A DNA stretch of 64,000 bases from a virus: positions 67,496 to 131,495 of IMG/VR virus record IMGVR_UViG_3300025536_000012. One strand, given 5' to 3'. This document shows, one piece after another, positions 53,901 to 61,793 of the stretch. The notes under the pieces were generated by a model that saw only the letters and a list, made by a program, of their open reading frames with translations, was not told the origin of the DNA and ran no database searches. The position numbers and the translations under genes are program-made. Positions within the stretch are counted from its first letter, which is position 1. Each line of letters begins with the position of its first letter.

Positions 53901-54418
53901 TCGGGTCCACTAAAGACCAGGACGATGTAATGGCTGAGGTGAGTGCTGCCGATGGAGACTCGGTAAAGATTTCGCAAATCCTGGAGAAGTACCAGGCCAA
54001 GACTATTGGCACCATTCCGTCTATCGAATCGGCAGTGGACTCCCTGTCCTATCTCTACGGAGAAATTCGTCGACAGAACCTCGACGTCCAGAAGTTCATC
54101 GTCAACTACACCGACCGCCCCATCGCTACCTTGGAAGATATGCTCGGCTCACTCGACCTCGAGTACGAAGTACAAGGGGAGAAGCTCGTCAAGAAGTCGG
54201 GGACATCTGGCTTCCACTCGACAGCCATCGCCCCTTTCGGAGAACTCATGGGTCTTCTCGACAACCCAGATCTCGAGCTCGCTCGCATGCAGAGAAGTGG
54301 GAAGAAGTACCCAATTTCCAAGTCACTAGATCCACGCCCAGACCGAAGAGCGGCTGTCCAAGCGTATGCGAACGACTTCGGGAGCGCCGGGGCGTTGGGT
54401 GTTGGACTTCGCGGCTGA
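50906..54418 (+). CDS. large tail/baseplate protein (1170 aa)
   Basis: size and position after the tape-measure-like gene; no enzymatic motif recognised. Confidence 0.5.
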   Translation: MAIGQKLKLRLFLEGIEVPVIGAAIQANVNSPATASIQVIPTDRVLELKPRTMVHLFYWNFNQDLPDAADQASSDPNAILRGYRLCFMGEMVGQAFLKTPLGRQSVLQCADFSTYWDTSYQTFISYSPNGNFLADNSSVWAGGNSMFDNISSSHSGVLNSYLNRRPATEGLRDVKGLMGGIIALLEAMGGVPNHTSGVNDFFTIAELKNHLLQQITCEQNDDTAQRLFDSKAFSEWLNRGVTSMGELVSFRDMLKLMFHWIYYEVIPITSPMFIKAVPSTTTEIISTRKAVKSSLALSATQRSVIRDWIAITTRYDGSKGVEATLRNQLATHELTVAVDLGKQIRNFLEFGNPKVGTIIPSGFSNSSVPEKVRKNLEFIELRNRSVHPIPQNVFSSTADQLIELSKIHTKNKPSKTSGSGEQRRILNLLYDNQYSWKEFTRRLLECLSATNSGSAGSTNKRTVKTKATLDRIQAQIFRPDCFFVAPPRCNVLFPDQYTQFQYNRNYLQEITRLRLAVGMEFISGHGAGLLTPVYYSPPLSQIAELAKKQGNAGIRTLLPWEKFTGILPKFESISEVNYIANKRQQQLQQNVKGQGASYSQRSATFNFLKYRFAPRTLTVSAKFNPQFVLGFPGLVIDQPFILDQDMILKAVTQAGIKGFAGSNINDILRNITQLAKYFKAPTQYLGMPASVMHNIDQSGGTTNITFTHARCHRLTDDDFLQSFTAEITRKAQTQTISTVLDAEEIIRSGDFKQLRFLIDATPQDQIESATNANVIQTLDTENPLDVANEEPTLDLRPNGAPNLVTIDQLAPAVFSTPNPNFSNGSVVRPKTSSRTITTNDGTQIVRKWVGPTARAQLKGTRSTILSPNPYAKLKPGSVGPRGGQISQIQLFSNSVVAVSSADVDQLVRTAKDRQDLATRRKNAGKADRIFLWRKAVIWETIVSKTIDKPIPVEETIRPPWFSPLYSNLFIGDNIYQPFFGTGSIVDEGLFLTPEGGALFGSTKDQDDVMAEVSAADGDSVKISQILEKYQAKTIGTIPSIESAVDSLSYLYGEIRRQNLDVQKFIVNYTDRPIATLEDMLGSLDLEYEVQGEKLVKKSGTSGFHSTAIAPFGELMGLLDNPDLELARMQRSGKKYPISKSLDPRPDRRAAVQAYANDFGSAGALGVGLRG

Positions 54419-54473
54419 ACTCTTCCCGTACCTCAACTACTTACGCTATTCTCCCCACATTCTTGGAGGCCCC

Positions 54474-54713
54474 ATGAACGATCCGTATATCCATCAAATG
54501 GTTGCTGGTTTCGAAAGCGAAATGAAAAAGATCGCTGTTGGAGTGGCTGCTGTCGACGACGCAGCCAAAGCAGGAAAGGGGATCATGGGTCTCCTTGGTC
54601 GAAAAGAAGTCATCTTGCCGGTTGCTGGCGCTGCCGCCTACAAGCTGCTCTCCGACGCAGAGAGTGACCGCCGTATGGGTCGCCAGATCCGTCGTCAGAA
54701 CCCCGGGATGTAA
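54474..54713 (+). CDS. hypothetical protein
   Basis: RBS GGAGG precedes the Met of 'MNDPYIHQ' inside ORF 54366..54713. Confidence 0.4.
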   Translation: MNDPYIHQMVAGFESEMKKIAVGVAAVDDAAKAGKGIMGLLGRKEVILPVAGAAAYKLLSDAESDRRMGRQIRRQNPGM

Positions 54714-55346
54714 ATGCTTCTCCCGCTCGGCCTCGACGTTCTTCGATTCTTCTCCGACGAGCTCGTCAAGATTTCTGACGATGCGGGAACTCGTGCGACC
54801 TTGGCTGGCAAGACCGGTCAGGGTCAAACGTATCTTGTGGGGGGAGAGCTGCCAAGCAACTCGCCAACACAGACCAACTTCGTTCCCAAAATCGCCGAAG
54901 AGTTCAAACCGAAAATCGAAGAGTTTAAGGCGCAAGAAACAGCCGACCGAAAGAAAAAGGTTATCGACTTCTTGAGAAACGCTCGAGACAAAGGAGAGGG
55001 CCCAACCGTCGCTGCCTTGACGGGCGCTGGTGGCGGAATACTTGCTGGGCAGCTTATTACTGGTGGTCGTCTTGGTGGGCTCACCGGAGCTACGAGACTT
55101 GGCTATCGCGGGTTTGGTGCGATCGGAGCCGGTCTTGGGTTGGCCAAGCACCTCGGAACGAAGCACCTAGACAACAAAGGCAAGAAGAAGGCGACCATGC
55201 CCAAGACAGCTGGTCTTGCTACGAACTTCAGTCCTGCTCGCAAACTCTCCTCAGGAATGCAGACGGGGAGCTTCAAGAACATCGTCCATTCCAGTGGATC
55301 TCTTCAGCCATCTACGGTAGGTCAGAAGTTCCTTTCCCCAAAGTGA
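54714..55346 (+). CDS. hypothetical Gly-rich protein
   Basis: 210-aa ORF. Confidence 0.45.
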   Translation: MLLPLGLDVLRFFSDELVKISDDAGTRATLAGKTGQGQTYLVGGELPSNSPTQTNFVPKIAEEFKPKIEEFKAQETADRKKKVIDFLRNARDKGEGPTVAALTGAGGGILAGQLITGGRLGGLTGATRLGYRGFGAIGAGLGLAKHLGTKHLDNKGKKKATMPKTAGLATNFSPARKLSSGMQTGSFKNIVHSSGSLQPSTVGQKFLSPK

Positions 55347-55353
55347 GGATGCC

Positions 55354-55914
55354 ATGAATAACCAGTTCACCGTCGTGCAGGATTTCTACAAGAGCATCCT
55401 CGAGAAGAGAGCTGCCGAGAGCCTCATGCCTAACTACGGCCTCGACAATCGCGAGCTCGCCCTCAAGGAACTCGACGAGAACAAGAAAGAACAGCGCAAG
55501 GATCTTGGTCAATATCTCGAAGCTGCCAAGAAAGAAGAGAAGGCCGATACGAAGACGATGGACGGTGCTCTCGATGCTACCGACAAGGACAGCACCGATA
55601 CCAGCAATTCTCTGTTGAAGATCGCCATGAACAAGGCCCTCTTCCGCGGATTGCGAGACGTCACCTTCTTGAAGACCGCTTCGGCGGACTACATGAAAAT
55701 TGTCTACTCGTCGTTTCAGGACGAGATGCAGAAGATTGCCGCGCCCCTATTCTCGATGAATGGTCCGGGCAAGATCCTCGCGGGACTAGGCAAGGGAACA
55801 GCACAAGTCGCCAAGAAGCCTCCTCCGATCCCCGCAGCTGCGATGGGGCCAAAATCGTGGAAGCCTGGTCAAACTATCACCGGGCAGTCTGTTGCCCGTC
55901 CGGGGACTCGGTGA
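55354..55914 (+). CDS. hypothetical protein
   Basis: 186-aa ORF. Confidence 0.45.
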   Translation: MNNQFTVVQDFYKSILEKRAAESLMPNYGLDNRELALKELDENKKEQRKDLGQYLEAAKKEEKADTKTMDGALDATDKDSTDTSNSLLKIAMNKALFRGLRDVTFLKTASADYMKIVYSSFQDEMQKIAAPLFSMNGPGKILAGLGKGTAQVAKKPPPIPAAAMGPKSWKPGQTITGQSVARPGTR

Positions 55915-56087
55915 TCCCTGCGTGGACATTCCATGCCTTCGGTAACGAGCTTCTCCAGATCATCAAGCATGCAGCACTGAATCGGGAGGCGAAGACCGCA
56001 GGCGCTCTTGGAAAGCTGACGTCGGGCAAGATGCGCCCAACACCGCTACCTCGAGTCAACCTACCAGTCCCGAAGGTGGTGTGAGGC

Positions 56088-56969
56088 GTGCGGGTGCCAA
56101 ACCTAGCGGTCTTGGATTCGCTCCTCCAAAAGAGAGCGGACCTATTCGATTTCTCGGCTCCTGAAGAAGAGGAAGGGAAGCAGCTCCAGTCATGGATGAC
56201 TCCTCCATCTTTCATTTCGAGTGCCAGTCGTTTTGGAATGGCATCCAAGCCGAAGGATCTGAAGGGTACCCAGAAGAAAGAAATCGACCTCTGGCATAAT
56301 TGGAACAACAATGGTCGCAAGTCGGATGATTTGAAACCACTATACCAGTCGCTGAAGCCGGTCGTAAACAAAGCGGTTTCCAACTGGGCAGGCCGTGTTC
56401 CGGTCCCGACCTCGGCAATTCAAGCCGAGATGCACAAGCAGTTCGTCAACGCTATCAAGACATTTCAGCCAGGAAAGTCCGCGTTGAATACGTGGGTGAC
56501 CAATAACCTCCGCAAGGGTGGTCGCTTCATCAAGAATTACCAGAATCTTGGACGTATACCGGAGAATCAAATCGACAAGATCGAGCCTTACAAGAAGGCG
56601 AAGATGGAGCTCTACGATAAGCTGGGTCATGAGCCCGATACACACGCCATCGCCGAACACATGGGCGTACCGGTTCGCAAGATTCATCAGCTCGAGAAGG
56701 AGAACCGTCAGGACCTTGCGGCATCGATCTTCAGCGAAGGTGACCCAGCCCAGGTTCTTGCGCCAAAGGAGCTCGAGGCTCTCTCCCTGATTCAATACGA
56801 TCTCACTCCCGAACAACGCATCGTCTACGAACACACGTTCGGCATGGGAGGCAAGAAGATGCTCAAGCCCGGAGAGATCGCGGCTCAGACTGGAATTCAC
56901 GCCAGTAAAGTGTCTCGCATTCGAAAGATCCTCAAGGATAAGGTCTTGGATGCAATGGAGCTTGTTTAA
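56088..56969 (+). CDS. sigma-70 family RNA polymerase sigma factor (sigma-28/ECF-sized)
   Basis: region 2-like 'FQPGKSALNTWVTNNLRKGGRFIKNY' and region 4 HTH 'LTPEQRIVYEHTFGMGGKKMLKPGEIAAQTGIHASKVSRIRKILKDK'; GTG start after AAGGTGG. Confidence 0.6.
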   Translation: MRVPNLAVLDSLLQKRADLFDFSAPEEEEGKQLQSWMTPPSFISSASRFGMASKPKDLKGTQKKEIDLWHNWNNNGRKSDDLKPLYQSLKPVVNKAVSNWAGRVPVPTSAIQAEMHKQFVNAIKTFQPGKSALNTWVTNNLRKGGRFIKNYQNLGRIPENQIDKIEPYKKAKMELYDKLGHEPDTHAIAEHMGVPVRKIHQLEKENRQDLAASIFSEGDPAQVLAPKELEALSLIQYDLTPEQRIVYEHTFGMGGKKMLKPGEIAAQTGIHASKVSRIRKILKDKVLDAMELV

Positions 56970-57178
56970 TGACCGCCAGGGCCAGACTCGACGAGCTCGA
57001 ACAGGCAGCCAATGAGTTCTTCTCGAAGGAGAAGACAAGACTCGAAGCTGAGTATAAGTTCCTCGACGCCATTTCCAAGAAGCGAGGCGGTAATGTCGCC
57101 TTACAATCTATCAACTCGGCAGGAGCTTCCAAGATCCTGGTCGATTCCATCAACGAATACCTCGGAAAGGTGACGTAG
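56969..57178 (+). CDS. hypothetical protein
   Basis: 69-aa ORF with start/stop overlap to the sigma factor gene. Confidence 0.4.
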   Translation: MTARARLDELEQAANEFFSKEKTRLEAEYKFLDAISKKRGGNVALQSINSAGASKILVDSINEYLGKVT

Positions 57179-57727
57179 ATGAGTCCCTACTGGAAATACT
57201 TCTTGCCTGGATATGTACTGGCTTTGCCCAATACACTTCTTGGTCTTGTTCTCGGACTGATCTACAGAGCTCATTCCTGGAAATGGTCCAACGGCTGTCT
57301 CGAGACAATTGGAGGAACCAATACCAAAGGAGAGACGAGAATATTCGGCAAGCCCGGAGCTCAGACGCACGGCTGGTTGATTTTCTATGATACCGAGCAC
57401 TCACGAGAGGATTGGCGACTGAGAACCCATGAAAGAGTTCATGTAGTTCAGGCTTTCCTGATTCAACTCCTCTCCATACCTATTCTTTTTGTTTGGTTTT
57501 TTCTTGCAGATCTTCCCTGGTACCTAGACGCTCCGATACTACTGGTTGGCTCCATGCCGTTTGGGTTCTTGTACGTCCTTTTCTTTTTTTGGTTCTTCAC
57601 CAAAAATGGCTTCAGGAACTGGATGAGTGCCTACAGACATAATCCATTCGAGAACCAAGCTTACAATAATCAAAGCAACTCAGATGCCTGGGGAGCTGAA
57701 CAACTCAAGGTAGATCATGAAGCGTAA
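57179..57727 (+). CDS. polytopic membrane protein with HExxH motif
   Basis: several hydrophobic helices; 'THERVHVVQ' contains HExxH. Confidence 0.4.
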   Translation: MSPYWKYFLPGYVLALPNTLLGLVLGLIYRAHSWKWSNGCLETIGGTNTKGETRIFGKPGAQTHGWLIFYDTEHSREDWRLRTHERVHVVQAFLIQLLSIPILFVWFFLADLPWYLDAPILLVGSMPFGFLYVLFFFWFFTKNGFRNWMSAYRHNPFENQAYNNQSNSDAWGAEQLKVDHEA

Positions 57728-59861
57728 GTTTTCAGCTCTCATCGTCCTCATCATCATCGGAGTGGCAGCGTTCTATGCCACGAGCCAACCGATCGGTGGA
57801 CCTGTTGGTATCCCACGAGTCACACACGATACCTCGCTATCTGGTTCTGGAACTCCAGCGAGTCCTCTTGCAGTCAACACAACCAACATTCAGTCTCGTG
57901 TCACTGGAACATGTACGAATCCAAACTCGATCCGTGTGATCGATAGCGCGGGTACGGTGACCTGTTCGACGGGTGTCATTGATACGAACGGTGCGGGTCT
58001 AACCAAATCTTTCTCAACTCTCGCTGTTGGCGCGGGTTCCGGCATTCTTGCATCAGGCACTGTCACAGCAGTGAATCTTGGTGCGGGTATGCAATTTTCT
58101 TCGGGAGCAGTGGTTCCGAATCTAGCCGGTGCTTCGTGCGCGGCTGGAAGCGCAGTAACAGCGATCGATGCTTCCGGTACCGGCACTTGCACCAACGTAT
58201 CAACCATTTCCGGCGTCGGTGATATCACAGGAGTCACTGCCGGTAGTGGTCTTACGGGTGGTGGAACGAGCGGAGCAGTTACGCTTGATGTTGGTTGCGG
58301 TGCAGGACTCCTTTGTGCAGCCGATACGATCACGCTCGACTTTGCTACGGGCAATGTTGTGCAAACATCTACTTCGACAGGAACACTTAACGACTTCTCA
58401 TTGAACGCTACGACTACGGTGCTTGTGTTCACCAATGCGGCAGGTGCAACGATCAATGGAATCACTGGTGGTGCCGATGGACGAGTGTTGAAAATTATCA
58501 ACAACACTGGATCAGCGAACCTCATATTTGTGAACGAGGCAGGCGCCTCGGCGGCGGCGAATCGATTCGCCACAGTTGCCAGTAGCAACTGGACAGGCAG
58601 CATCAACTCGGTGACCTCTCTTGTCTATCGAGGCACACAGGCGCGTTGGGTACTTGTGAAGGACTACGTGTTTCCGCAAATTGACGTTACCACCAATGCA
58701 AATATCACCGGTAACATCAACGCGGCAGCCGGAAACCTAACGATTACGGACATCACGTCGACTGGTAACACTCAGCTGGGAAACAACAGCAGCGACACAC
58801 TGACGGTGCCGAGTGCTCTGGCTCAACAAGGCAATGCCACGTTCAGCGGCACTGCAACGTTTAACGGTACCATGTCGACGACGGCCGACACCAATATCGG
58901 TAACGGTGCGGGCGATGATCTAACCGTTCTAGGTGACACTGCCAGTTTCAACACAACCACGATTTCGTTGGGTACCTCTAGTACCAACGATACCGTCAAC
59001 ATTGGAGGCAACACCGATACTGATGTTGCCTTTGTAAACGGCCCCCGCGGCATCAATCGTTATGAAGGACTTCATTTCGACGCGACAGAAGAATTTAACT
59101 TCTCATCTGACTTCAACAACGATCAGAACGTCGGGTCCATCGGTCTTGGTTACTACACTACAAACGGTACCCCACTTGCTGAGATTTGCACCACCTGTAC
59201 CGGCCGCTTTGGTGCTTGGGCGTTAGATACCAATCTTTCATCATCGACGAGCGCGGTCAGATTCAACACAGGGTTCATCATTGACCTTGGGTCGACGACA
59301 ACGGTGAGCGCATACCTAACGAGTCGCTTCGATACGTTGTCTTCATCAAGTAACTCGATCGCCTCGATGTATGTTGCTCGTTGGGGGCTTACCGATACGG
59401 GTTTCTCCGATACATCCGGTGACGTCACCAACGGCATCTATTTCATGTACGACAAAGGCAACACCGCAACAGGTGGCCCCAACGGTTCAAACCTCGACCG
59501 TTATTCATGTTGGTCAGCGAACGCAGGAACCCGAACCAAGTATCTGTTGAACGGCACTGGAAACAGTGATGAGAGTTTTGCGCTAGGCACGGTTACGCCT
59601 GTAGCCGCCACGTGGATGCGATTGAGAATCAAGATCACTACGACGGCAGGAACTCCAACACGTGCTGAGTTCTACACGGTTGCTTCGGGTGGCACTGAAA
59701 CGAAGGTTTGTAACATCAACACAAATCTACCTGCGGCGTCGACAGTGCTTCGATGGGACATCACCCTACTTCCTAAAGCAACTACAGGCACAGGGTCACG
59801 TCAGTGGCAGTTGGATCAGTTCAACCACTCGTACGATGCAGCTGCACAGAGGAACCCATGA
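57717..59861 (+). CDS. tail fibre-like protein with Gly/Thr/Ser/Asn-rich repeats
   Basis: 714 aa, N-terminal hydrophobic segment, then repetitive G/T/S/A/N-rich sequence (TGTCTN, GAG motifs). Confidence 0.5.
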   Translation: MKRKFSALIVLIIIGVAAFYATSQPIGGPVGIPRVTHDTSLSGSGTPASPLAVNTTNIQSRVTGTCTNPNSIRVIDSAGTVTCSTGVIDTNGAGLTKSFSTLAVGAGSGILASGTVTAVNLGAGMQFSSGAVVPNLAGASCAAGSAVTAIDASGTGTCTNVSTISGVGDITGVTAGSGLTGGGTSGAVTLDVGCGAGLLCAADTITLDFATGNVVQTSTSTGTLNDFSLNATTTVLVFTNAAGATINGITGGADGRVLKIINNTGSANLIFVNEAGASAAANRFATVASSNWTGSINSVTSLVYRGTQARWVLVKDYVFPQIDVTTNANITGNINAAAGNLTITDITSTGNTQLGNNSSDTLTVPSALAQQGNATFSGTATFNGTMSTTADTNIGNGAGDDLTVLGDTASFNTTTISLGTSSTNDTVNIGGNTDTDVAFVNGPRGINRYEGLHFDATEEFNFSSDFNNDQNVGSIGLGYYTTNGTPLAEICTTCTGRFGAWALDTNLSSSTSAVRFNTGFIIDLGSTTTVSAYLTSRFDTLSSSSNSIASMYVARWGLTDTGFSDTSGDVTNGIYFMYDKGNTATGGPNGSNLDRYSCWSANAGTRTKYLLNGTGNSDESFALGTVTPVAATWMRLRIKITTTAGTPTRAEFYTVASGGTETKVCNINTNLPAASTVLRWDITLLPKATTGTGSRQWQLDQFNHSYDAAAQRNP

Positions 59862-60292
59862 ACGCAACCGAACTCGCCAAGCAACATGGCCCATCGGCAG
59901 GTGTAGCCGCTGTTGTCTCTGCCTCGATCTCTGTTGCGCTCTCTGGAGGAACGACGGAGGTACATATCCCTCCGACCACGACAGTTGTGGAGTCTTCCGT
60001 CAAAGCACAGAAGCCCTCCGTCGGATCATCGCCATCCAAAGTCAGTCTCGTCTCTTGTGGCGATATGCGGGGACCAGAAGGCGCTCAGGTTGTTGGCAAT
60101 AACCACAAAGGCACGATTCGAGTTGGTCCTGGCGCCAATACATGCACGGTCGTGTTCGACCGACGTTGGAGCAATCAACCCAAATGCGTTGTCAAAGGTG
60201 GACGCGCAACAAAACTTACCGCGACCGATCTCGTGATCGTTGATGCCGATAAGGTCGTCACCTACGAATGCTCAACCATGGAAGGCCTATAG
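59858..60292 (+). CDS. hypothetical protein
   Basis: ORF 59804..60292 trimmed to 'MNATELAKQ', giving an ATGA overlap with the fibre stop. Confidence 0.4.
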   Translation: MNATELAKQHGPSAGVAAVVSASISVALSGGTTEVHIPPTTTVVESSVKAQKPSVGSSPSKVSLVSCGDMRGPEGAQVVGNNHKGTIRVGPGANTCTVVFDRRWSNQPKCVVKGGRATKLTATDLVIVDADKVVTYECSTMEGL

Positions 60293-60302
60293 GAGAACGA
60301 TC

Positions 60303-60734
60303 ATGGCAATGTACGCACTCTCTCAGCGAACCACTAGCGGTACGGCGGCGACCGCATCGTGGGAAGTTCGTTCCACATCCGGTAACAAACCCAAGCTTCT
60401 TGTTTTGGAAAACACACAGGTCGCTGCCACCGCAGGAGTGTATGGAGTCGGTACTCCGGCCGCAATCGGAGTCACTCCCACATCACCACAGACTTTCCTC
60501 GATGAAGCGGATGGTAATGGCGCTACCGGTCAGACTACTGCTGCCGTCGCGTGGGGCACAGGCCCAACCGTTCCCGCCAACTTCAAACGCCGATATGCGT
60601 GTGCGGCTACCATCGGAGTCGGATTTATCTACTTACCTCCTGGAGGTCTAGGGATTGCCGTATCCTCGAGTGTCGTTATTTGGATCATCGCAACCGCGCC
60701 CGTCTGTGACGTCAGCGCATCGGTGCAGGAGTAA
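60303..60734 (+). CDS. hypothetical protein
   Basis: RBS GGAGAA precedes the Met of 'MAMYALSQ' inside ORF 60240..60734. Confidence 0.4.
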   Translation: MAMYALSQRTTSGTAATASWEVRSTSGNKPKLLVLENTQVAATAGVYGVGTPAAIGVTPTSPQTFLDEADGNGATGQTTAAVAWGTGPTVPANFKRRYACAATIGVGFIYLPPGGLGIAVSSSVVIWIIATAPVCDVSASVQE

Positions 60735-60737
60735 GTC

Positions 60738-61175
60738 ATGGGAAAGAAATTTCGCGTTCGAGAATTCTCCGATCACAAATCACTCGGACTGTTTATGGAC
60801 ACTGCTGGCGCGGCGGTTCAGGTAGTCAACATCTGTCAGTCGTCAAGCGCTTCGTTTATTCTGTTCAGCTACGACGATGACGACACAATTGGAGCGATCA
60901 CACTCGAAGACTTCGAGCACCGTGGTGCTGGTCGTGGATTCTGTCATGTCCCGTCCATTGTGACTCAGGTGCCAGACCGTTTCGTGAAAACGATCGACAT
61001 CAAGACCAACTCAATCGTTCCGGTCGACGGGTTTCGTCCGGCTCGAATCGAGAATGGTGTGGTGATCCCGCCAACTACTGATGCTGAGGTTGAAGTATCA
61101 CAACGTCAGGCGGCCAAGGACGCAAAAATCAAGGCTGCCGAAGAGGCCCTCAAAGCACTCAAGGAAGAGCCATGA
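60738..61175 (+). CDS. hypothetical protein
   Basis: 145-aa ORF. Confidence 0.45.
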   Translation: MGKKFRVREFSDHKSLGLFMDTAGAAVQVVNICQSSSASFILFSYDDDDTIGAITLEDFEHRGAGRGFCHVPSIVTQVPDRFVKTIDIKTNSIVPVDGFRPARIENGVVIPPTTDAEVEVSQRQAAKDAKIKAAEEALKALKEEP

Positions 61176-61618
61176 AACGGCAGGACGCAGGCCGTCATCG
61201 TTCTCGCTTTGACCACGATACGAAGGAGGGCATGACCGTACAGGCGTCATGGGAAATCGAGGCCATTGATATCGAGGGACATGTAGTTCCACAACTCGGG
61301 ATCCAGATTGTTCTGACCGGGTCTAACGCCTACGGAGTGACTGGTGCAATCGGCAACGAGAAGCTTGCTCATGAAGTAATCGATAACGCAATCGACGCCG
61401 TACGTGCATATCACACAGCCAAGGCAGGACTCACCGTGCCTGGCAAAGACGTGAAGATCACCGGATATCAAATCAGACAGCTCAACGTGCTAGGTGACGT
61501 CGATGATCGCGCGTTCACAGTGGCAGTGCTCTCGAATGCGAAACAGATCATCACTGACATGCATGCACGACGTGCGCTTGCCTTGCCAAGCACCAAACTA
61601 AGCAAGATCGAAATCTGA
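61172..61618 (+). CDS. hypothetical protein
   Basis: 148-aa ORF with 4-nt overlap. Confidence 0.45.
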   Translation: MKRQDAGRHRSRFDHDTKEGMTVQASWEIEAIDIEGHVVPQLGIQIVLTGSNAYGVTGAIGNEKLAHEVIDNAIDAVRAYHTAKAGLTVPGKDVKITGYQIRQLNVLGDVDDRAFTVAVLSNAKQIITDMHARRALALPSTKLSKIEI

Positions 61619-61793
61619 ACCCATGAGCCCCATCGGACTTGGTCTCGGCCCCGGACTCGCACACCCTCAACAGGTGATTGACGAGATTTGGGATTGCGTC
61701 GAACAAGTCGATCCTCGCGGTGGTCCTCCGTTATGGTCAGAGCAAGGATTGACCGACCCCCCAGTGATCTCCGAACTCGGCGGGCGCCAATAT

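Noticed and set aside
61621-61748. 42-codon ORF starting at ATG 61621 as an independent gene
   Set aside because: More likely the disrupted N-terminus or upstream region of the large downstream ORF (see the frame-discontinuity finding). Not annotated separately.
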